33,060 bases of DNA from an uncultured bacterium (GTDB lineage: Bacteria; Hydrogenedentota; Hydrogenedentia; Hydrogenedentales; JAEUWI01): positions 1 through 33,060 of the forward strand of contig CAXBPH010000049.1 in NCBI GenBank assembly GCA_963977445.1. Direction: 5' to 3'. The position numbers and the translations under genes are program-made. The notes under the pieces are model-generated. The model was given only the letters and a program-made list of their open reading frames with translations. It was not told the DNA's origin and searched no databases. Below, one piece after another: positions 26,862 through 33,060 of the stretch; position 1 is the stretch's first letter, and each line of letters opens with the position of its first letter.

Positions 26862-27767
26862 ATGGCGCCCTCCGCCGTCTCCGAAAAATATACTGTTGGT
26901 CTGCTGCAATTGCAGGTGACGCCTGACCCCGTCGAAAATACCCGCAAGGCCCTCGATTGGTTTGAGAAAGCCGCTGCCCAGGGGGCCCAGGTGGTGTGTC
27001 TGCCCGAACTCTACAAGAGCCAGTACTTCTGCCAGAAGGAAGACGTGGACCTCTTTGATTTGGCCGAGCCTATCCCGAACGAGAGTATCGAGGCATTCCA
27101 GGCTGCGGCGGCCCGCTTGAAGGCGGCGGTGGTCGTACCTGTATTCGAACGACGGGGCCCCGGTGTCTATCACAACAGCCTGGTCTGCATTGATGCCGAC
27201 GGCAGCCTCGTCGGTATCTATCGCAAAATGCACATCCCCGATGACCCGGCCTACTACGAGAAGTTCTACTTCGCTCCCGGTGATTTGGGCTTTAAGAATT
27301 TCGACACCCGTTATGGCCGTATTGGGACCCTCATCTGCTGGGACCAGTGGTACCCCGAGGGTGCCCGACTCACCGCGCTCCGTGGTGCGTCTATACTTTT
27401 CTACCCCACGGCCATCGGCTGGCACCCCTATGAAAAAGAAGAATATGGTGCCGCACAACGGGATGCCTGGATGACTGTCCAGCGTGGTCACGCCATCTCC
27501 AATGGCATCTACGTGGGAGCCGCCAATCGGGTTGGCTTCGAGCAGCCCGTACCCGAGCAAGCCGGCATTGAGTTCTGGGGCTCTTCCTTTATTGCCGATC
27601 CCCAGGGCGTCATCATCGCCGAGGCCAGCACGGATAAGGAAGAGGTCCTTCTGGCCGAAGTGGACCTGGTCCACATGGAAAACATTCGCCGCAATTGGCC
27701 CTTTTTACGGGATCGGCGCATTGACGCCTATGGCGATATAACCCGCCGATTCATCGACGAAGGATAA
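26862..27767 (+). CDS. aguB: N-carbamoylputrescine amidohydrolase (carbon-nitrogen hydrolase family)
   Basis: Triad Glu 'LPEL', Lys 'YRKMHIPDDP.YYEKFYF', Cys 'ICWDQWYPE'; C-terminal 'WPFLRDRR'; adjacent to agmatine deiminase. Confidence 0.9.
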   Translation: MAPSAVSEKYTVGLLQLQVTPDPVENTRKALDWFEKAAAQGAQVVCLPELYKSQYFCQKEDVDLFDLAEPIPNESIEAFQAAAARLKAAVVVPVFERRGPGVYHNSLVCIDADGSLVGIYRKMHIPDDPAYYEKFYFAPGDLGFKNFDTRYGRIGTLICWDQWYPEGARLTALRGASILFYPTAIGWHPYEKEEYGAAQRDAWMTVQRGHAISNGIYVGAANRVGFEQPVPEQAGIEFWGSSFIADPQGVIIAEASTDKEEVLLAEVDLVHMENIRRNWPFLRDRRIDAYGDITRRFIDEG

Positions 27768-27772
27768 GGCCC

Positions 27773-28819
27773 ATGCCGTCAACGCTGCGCATGCCTGCCG
27801 AATGGGAAGGCCATGAATGCACCCTCCTGGCCTGGCCCACAAATAAAGACGATTGGCCCGGTAAATTTCGACCCATCCCCTGGGTGTTTTGCGAGATGAT
27901 TCGGCACCTGAGCGTGGGGGAGCGGGTCGATCTTATCGTCCCCAGCGGCTGTATCGAGGAAAAGGTGCGCCGAAATCTGGTCAAGGCCCGTGCCAACCTG
28001 GACAACATTCACTTTATTCACCAAACCCTCGATCGGGGATGGATGCGGGATTGCAGTCCGGCTTTCGTGCGCCGTGGTGATGCAGTAGAGGCCGTTCACT
28101 TTGGATTTAACGGCTGGGCAAAATACGACAACTACCAGTTGGACGCCACCGTGCCCGAGCGACTTTCGGAGTCCTTGGGACTCGGTCGGGTCGAAGCCCT
28201 CCATAGGGGGCGTCATATTGTTCTGGAAGGCGGTGCCCTCGACGGCAATGGTGGGGGAACCCTCCTCACGACGGAAGAGTGCCTGCTCCACCCGGAAACG
28301 CAGATCCGAAATCCCGATTTCACCCGCGAAGACTACGAGGTGCTCTTTCGTCAGTATCTTGGCATCGAAAAGGTCATCTGGCTGGGGGACGGTATTGCGG
28401 GCGATGATACCCATGGTCATGTCGACGATCTGTGTCGGTTTGTCAATCCCAACACGGTCGTGTTATGTGGGGAATCCGACGTCAACGATGACAACTACCG
28501 TGCTCTCGCGGAGAACAGGGAACGCCTTCAGGGCGCGACCACGGCCCGTGGTGAATCGATTGATGTCGTTGCGTTGCCTATGCCCGCGCCCCTGTATTTC
28601 GACGACACCCGTCTGCCGGCGAGCTACGCCAATTTCTATATTGGCGACGAAGCCGTGCTTGTTCCGACGTTTAACGATGTCAAGGACCGACTTGCACTCG
28701 GTACACTGGCCGAGCTGTTTCCAGACCGACGGGTCGTAGGGATTCATGCCGTTGATCTGGTCTGGGGTTTTGGCACCGTTCATTGTCTCAGCCACGAAGT
28801 GCCCCGCCTGAACGCATGA
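27773..28819 (+). CDS. aguA: Agmatine deiminase (PAD_porph family)
   Basis: 'RMPAEWE.H', 'WMRD', 'FNGW', 'LEGGALD.NG', 'DDTHGHVDD', 'SYANFY', catalytic 'GTVHC'. Confidence 0.93.
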   Translation: MPSTLRMPAEWEGHECTLLAWPTNKDDWPGKFRPIPWVFCEMIRHLSVGERVDLIVPSGCIEEKVRRNLVKARANLDNIHFIHQTLDRGWMRDCSPAFVRRGDAVEAVHFGFNGWAKYDNYQLDATVPERLSESLGLGRVEALHRGRHIVLEGGALDGNGGGTLLTTEECLLHPETQIRNPDFTREDYEVLFRQYLGIEKVIWLGDGIAGDDTHGHVDDLCRFVNPNTVVLCGESDVNDDNYRALAENRERLQGATTARGESIDVVALPMPAPLYFDDTRLPASYANFYIGDEAVLVPTFNDVKDRLALGTLAELFPDRRVVGIHAVDLVWGFGTVHCLSHEVPRLNA

Positions 28820-28891
28820 CGCGCGGTCGTCGGCCTTGCGTCGGTGCGGCGTAATTCTTCATACTCGGTGGGACTGTTGAAAGGTTCCCTG

Positions 28892-30259
28892 ATGTATTTC
28901 TCACGAGTACGTTTTTGTATTTCGTTCTGTTGTATCGTTTTCGTTGGGGCGATGGTGTCTGCAGCAGAATCTTCGGTAAAATTGGGTGTGTTCAACGTCG
29001 ACGTATCGCCGCCCATCGGTAGCCCCGTGGCCTATGTGCCTGCGAAGGAAATCGTTGACCCCTTGATCGCTCGGGGCATCGTCCTGCTCTCGGGTGATCG
29101 TCCCGTCGTCCTTTGTGCCGTCGATTTCATCGGTATTGGAAATGAAGGGCAAGACGCCTGGAAAAAGGCCTTGGCGGAAGCGGCGGGCACCTCGCCCGAC
29201 CACGTTTCGGTACACGCGCTCCACCAGCACGACGGCCCCCGGTGTGATTTTACCAGCGAGCGCCTCATGGAGGCCCACGGCCTGGGTGGTACCCGCTTTG
29301 ACAACGCCTATCTTCGCGACGCCATCGCTCGGACCGCCACGGCGGTGGGGGAGGCCGTGGCGAATGCCCAGCCTGTCACCCACGTGGGTTCGGGGCAGGC
29401 AAAGGTGGAGATGGTAGCCTCCAATCGCCGCGTTCTCGGTGAAGACGGCAAGGTCAAAATCGTTCGCTACAGCGCTTCGAAGAATCCAGAAGCCATTGCG
29501 GCACCGGAAGGTACTATCGACCCCTGGTTAAAGAGCGTCAGTTTCTGGAATGGTGATAAAGCCCTGGCCGTTCTCTCCTACTATGCGACCCACCCCCAGA
29601 GTCATTATGGTAAGGGCGGTGTGACCTGCGAGTTTGTGGGAATCGCCCGCAATGCCAGGGAAGCGGCGTCGGGCGTGCCCCAAGTTTATTTCACCGGGGC
29701 CGGCGGCAATGTGGCAGCGGGCAAATACAACGATGGTGCGCCGGAGACTCGGCCCATACTCGCCGCGCGGGTGGAAGCGGGTATGAAAGCGGCATGGGAA
29801 GCCACCGAGAAAACACCGATTGACGGGGAAGCCATCGAGTGGCGCACGCGCTATACGGCACTGCCCGTTGCCAAGCACCTGGTAGAAGAAGATCTGCAGG
29901 CGGTTCTTGCCGATAGTACACGGAACGAAAAGGACCGCTTTCACGCCGCCGACAGACTCGCCTGGCTCCTGCGGACCAAAGCGAGCTTGGGGGTGACGGT
30001 TTCCACCTTGCGCCTGGGAAATATCTGGTTGTTGAACATGCCGGGTGAGCTCTTTGTCGAATACCAGCTCGCGGCCCAGGCCATGAAACCGGGCGAAACG
30101 GTTTGTCTCGCGGCCTACGAAGATTACGGCGCTGGCTACATCGGTACGGAAATCGCCTATGGCCAAGGCGGCTATGAAACCAGCGACCGCACCGCTAAAG
30201 TCGCGCCCGAAGTCGAGAAGGTGCTCATGGACGCCATGGAAGCGGTGCTTGCCCCGTAG
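28892..30259 (+). CDS. Secreted neutral/alkaline ceramidase-like metallo-hydrolase of unknown substrate
   Basis: Signal peptide; 'VDVSPP', 'DPL.ARGIVL', 'HALHQHDGP', 'YATHP', 'GAGGN', 'PGELFVEY', 'GGYE'. Confidence 0.65.
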   Translation: MYFSRVRFCISFCCIVFVGAMVSAAESSVKLGVFNVDVSPPIGSPVAYVPAKEIVDPLIARGIVLLSGDRPVVLCAVDFIGIGNEGQDAWKKALAEAAGTSPDHVSVHALHQHDGPRCDFTSERLMEAHGLGGTRFDNAYLRDAIARTATAVGEAVANAQPVTHVGSGQAKVEMVASNRRVLGEDGKVKIVRYSASKNPEAIAAPEGTIDPWLKSVSFWNGDKALAVLSYYATHPQSHYGKGGVTCEFVGIARNAREAASGVPQVYFTGAGGNVAAGKYNDGAPETRPILAARVEAGMKAAWEATEKTPIDGEAIEWRTRYTALPVAKHLVEEDLQAVLADSTRNEKDRFHAADRLAWLLRTKASLGVTVSTLRLGNIWLLNMPGELFVEYQLAAQAMKPGETVCLAAYEDYGAGYIGTEIAYGQGGYETSDRTAKVAPEVEKVLMDAMEAVLAP

Positions 30260-30346
30260 CGTCGGGCACTGCACAATGTTATTACGAGATTTCCGGCCGG
30301 TCGGCGTTGTTGGATGCGGGCCGCGCGGACGTCGGGGGCGTCCTCG

Positions 30347-31588
30347 TCATTTCGCCAATTGGATTGCGAGCCATGCGAAGGCCTTTTCCTGCATTTCGCG
30401 GTTGAACTCATGGGGGGCATCGAAGAAAACCCCTTCGTAGTTCTCCGAGACACCCATTTTTTCGAAAATTCTTTCGATTTTGGCTACGGCGCTCTTCGCC
30501 GACGCCAGGGGATAAAGTTCGTCTTGCAGGCCGTTGATAGTCATTAAGGCCCCCGGCCAGTGCAAGCCCGCGAGGTCAGGCCAGTCCAACTTGCTGTACA
30601 GCCCGGGGACGAGCTTGGTAAATCCCACGGCCCAGCGCACGTTGTTGCGGACGAGTGCCTGGTACTCGGCCATCCAGCAAACGGCCACGGACGCCCGAAC
30701 CTTGGGGTGAAGGGCACCGAGAAAGATACTGCGGACCGACCCGAGACTCAAGCCCACGCAGCCGACCCGTTCTTCATCCACTTCGGGTCGACTGCAGAGG
30801 TAATCGGCGGCGCACAGATCATCCCAGGTGATGATTCCAGAAAAGGTGGTGCCTGTGGCTAGGGCGGTTCTCCCGATGAGCTCTTCGTGGGCCCAGGAAC
30901 GGGCATTGAACTGCTTAATGTCTTCTGCGGTTACCTCGGCCGTGCGATTGCGAATACGCTCCGGGTCCGCCTCGAAGTACATGCCCCGTTCCCCCCAGTG
31001 CATCATGTCTGGAATAACCACGACATAGCCCAGACGGGCGAGCTCATCGGCGATGTTTCGTCCACTATAGTATTGGTCTTTAAAGCGTTGTAGCTCGGGA
31101 TGAATCGGCTCGACGGCCGTGATTTTTTCCTTGCCCCAAAGATAGAACCCGCCGTGATCGTGGAGGGCAACGATGGCCGGTGCGGGTTTGCTGAGGCCCT
31201 TGGGAATGAGGAGATAGAGGGCAGCACGGTGTCCGGCGGTCGTGTTAATGACCACCCGCTCGCGGGTGAAGTCGCCACAATCCTCTTGGCTGACGACTTC
31301 GGGGGCCAGGTCACGTGTCTGGTCGCGGTATAAAAGGCACGCTTGCAACGTCTTTCGTGCCTCCTGGGTCCAGGATATCGGGTCGCCATAGGCCGGGTTG
31401 AGAAAGCTCATGCTTGGCTCGCAGCGCGCGGAGAGCTTCTCGAAGACCTCATAATGCGTGCCGAGATCAGGGGCGGGTTTCCATTGCGTTGCTGGTATCG
31501 GGTCAGGCGTGGTTGCGGCAACGGATGTGGCACCGATGCCGGTGGCGGCACCAAGGGTGCTGGTCCTGAAGAAATCTCTGCGATTCAT
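30347..31588 (-). CDS. Tat-exported alpha/beta hydrolase (dienelactone hydrolase/Abhydrolase_7-like)
   Basis: Twin-arginine signal 'MNRRDFF'; 'ALHDHGG'; 'GLSLG'; Asp 'QDELY'; His 'PHEF'; SD AGGAG. Confidence 0.88.
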   Translation of the reverse strand: MNRRDFFRTSTLGAATGIGATSVAATTPDPIPATQWKPAPDLGTHYEVFEKLSARCEPSMSFLNPAYGDPISWTQEARKTLQACLLYRDQTRDLAPEVVSQEDCGDFTRERVVINTTAGHRAALYLLIPKGLSKPAPAIVALHDHGGFYLWGKEKITAVEPIHPELQRFKDQYYSGRNIADELARLGYVVVIPDMMHWGERGMYFEADPERIRNRTAEVTAEDIKQFNARSWAHEELIGRTALATGTTFSGIITWDDLCAADYLCSRPEVDEERVGCVGLSLGSVRSIFLGALHPKVRASVAVCWMAEYQALVRNNVRWAVGFTKLVPGLYSKLDWPDLAGLHWPGALMTINGLQDELYPLASAKSAVAKIERIFEKMGVSENYEGVFFDAPHEFNREMQEKAFAWLAIQLAK

Positions 31589-31740
31589 GGGGGACTCCTT
31601 TTTCGCGGCTATGTGGCCATTGTAGCGATTGCACGTTACAAAGGAAATAGGGTTTTACCCGTCGGCACGAAGGGCACTGGGATGCTATGATGGCAGAAAG
31701 GCGGGCGCGCACGCGTCCCCCGTAGCGGAAAGGAATCGGA

Positions 31741-32691
31741 ATGAAATTTAATGGTACGAACCGTTCCCAGCCTTGTCGGATTGGGGGCGCATTTTGGACG
31801 CGTGGCCTGGCGGTTGTCTTCTTGCTCCTATGCGTTTTATCCCATGGGGAGGAGGGGCCCGGTGGTGCGCCCACGGGCTGGCCCCAGGAGTTTGCGGCGG
31901 AAGTGGGCCCCTTGGGTGTTCGCTTTGAAAGCCGCTCATTCTGGACGCTGTATCGAATCGATTATAAAGGCGAGCGATTGGGCCTCGATAAATGGGGCAG
32001 TCACTACGGGTCCGTCGCGAAGTTTCCTGAAGTCGGTTTTATCGGCAGCGGCCATAGGGAAAACGAAGACGAAGAAGTTCTGGAGTTGAGCCTCGATGTA
32101 GACGGCGTTACCCAGGTAATTCCTCAGGCATCCTACCAGTGCAAGACCCTTACGCTGGTCAAGCGTTCTAAAATCCGTTCGCTGCGATTGAAGACATCGG
32201 TGGAGAGCGGGGCGGGCAAGATTATTGAAGACGTGGAACTCCAGGCGGAAACACCAACGCCGGTCAATCTTATTTATCATTTCATGCATCCCTGGACGCC
32301 GGCCATGACCCATTTCTTTGCCGAAACGATGGATGGGCGCGAAGTCTTCGGTGAATTCGACGACGACAAACGGCAGGAAATTGACCAGCCCACCCGCTGG
32401 TCCGCCGTTTATAATGCAGATGAGAGGAATGGTGTATTTACTGGCGTTCTGATTGCCCCACCGGCTCACTGGCGGACCCGCTATTGGGATGTGCCCGACC
32501 GATATCGCAAACACTATTTTACGACCTTCATGGATGAAACCATTCCCCCCGGACCCGTCTTTCACTATCGTATCGTGACGATTCCCTTCGAGGCCCCATT
32601 AGAGTCATGGAAGTCGCTGGCCCGTGAGCTTGCGTTGACGAATTTACCCGATTCTTCCCGAGTAGTCGAAGAGCAGAGTCCTTCAAACTAA
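31741..32691 (+). CDS. Hypothetical secreted protein
   Basis: 316-aa ORF with SD AAGGA and a hydrophobic signal segment (LAVVFLLLCVLSHG); aromatic- and beta-rich; no family recognised. Confidence 0.7.
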   Translation: MKFNGTNRSQPCRIGGAFWTRGLAVVFLLLCVLSHGEEGPGGAPTGWPQEFAAEVGPLGVRFESRSFWTLYRIDYKGERLGLDKWGSHYGSVAKFPEVGFIGSGHRENEDEEVLELSLDVDGVTQVIPQASYQCKTLTLVKRSKIRSLRLKTSVESGAGKIIEDVELQAETPTPVNLIYHFMHPWTPAMTHFFAETMDGREVFGEFDDDKRQEIDQPTRWSAVYNADERNGVFTGVLIAPPAHWRTRYWDVPDRYRKHYFTTFMDETIPPGPVFHYRIVTIPFEAPLESWKSLARELALTNLPDSSRVVEEQSPSN

Positions 32692-32925
32692 TCGAAGAAG
32701 TGTTGATAATTTTTTCCGTATCTGACAAGATTGATGACACTAATTGGGAAGGCCGGTCCAGATGACTGATGGTGAGAACGGAAAAATGCAGGGGCTCGAT
32801 CGCCGATGCGACGTTACAGGCAACGAGATCGGAAGTTTCTTCGACGGTTGTTATATTGCGGCTACCTCTATATGTCGATCGTGTGCTCAGTGGGGAAACC
32901 ACCGAATAGCCCGGTTCATTGGTCG

Positions 32926-32979
32926 CCATTCATGAGTGCGCCAAAAGCTCCTTCGACTAATCCATTCATGAGTGCGCCA
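32926..32979. repeat. Perfect 18-bp direct repeat CCATTCATGAGTGCGCCA (2 copies, 36-bp period)
   Basis: Copies at 32926-32943 and 32962-32979, separated by the 18-bp spacer AAAGCTCCTTCGACTAAT. Confidence 0.9.
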
Positions 32980-33060
32980 CAGAATAATAGCAACCTACAA
33001 CCAAGCAACTTTCAACCCACGATCCAACAAACTCAAGTTGATCCACGGTTGATCCCTGAT

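Noticed and set aside
32701..32720. TGTTGATA as the opposite end of a Tn7-like element paired with the 18-bp repeats
   Set aside because: No copy of the repeat motif follows it, and the flanking 5-mers (AGAAG vs GAATA) do not form a target-site duplication.
32528..32929. 133-aa minus-strand ORF at the right end
   Set aside because: Overlaps the convergent 316-aa gene by more than 160 nt, Ser-rich, no motifs; not supportable.
32926..32979. Direct repeat as a mini-CRISPR array
   Set aside because: Only two 18-bp copies with an 18-bp spacer, too short for CRISPR, and no cas genes.
32880..32981. Possible tRNA gene ending in GCCA
   Set aside because: No 5' acceptor strand, proper T-arm or cloverleaf can be folded.

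Overview
GC-rich (roughly 55-60%, estimated by eye) bacterial chromosomal segment. No rRNA, tRNA, CRISPR array or transposase is recognisable. The secreted glycan/ester-processing enzymes, diderm RND system and eukaryotic-like kinase suggest an environmental diderm such as Hydrogenedentota or a PVC-like lineage (weak inference). Gene order: heparinase II/III-like lyase; Hsp20 behind a good sigma54 promoter; RraA-family protein; secreted esterase; a minus-strand pair of a CxC thioredoxin-like 'RedB' protein and a hybrid histidine kinase with a His-rich membrane sensor; a TetR/CerR regulator with a visible operator, followed by an RND efflux operon whose outer-membrane factor is frameshifted; FAD oxidoreductase; a four-gene cluster (membrane-anchored vWA protein, FHA-FHA-ABC exporter, transmembrane Ser/Thr kinase, glycine-zipper lipoprotein); BNR/sialidase plus Na+:solute symporter; aguB-aguA; ceramidase-like hydrolase; Tat-exported alpha/beta hydrolase; an unknown secreted protein; and an 18-bp direct repeat at the right edge. 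The best candidate for an undescribed system is the vWA / FHA-ABC / kinase / lipoprotein cluster. It looks like a stand-alone trans-envelope threonine-phosphorylation module mixing features of the mycobacterial PknF-Rv1747 pair and the T6SS TagQ/TagST/PpkA/Fha pathway, with no T6SS genes in the window. All protein family calls come from motifs read by eye, not from database searches.
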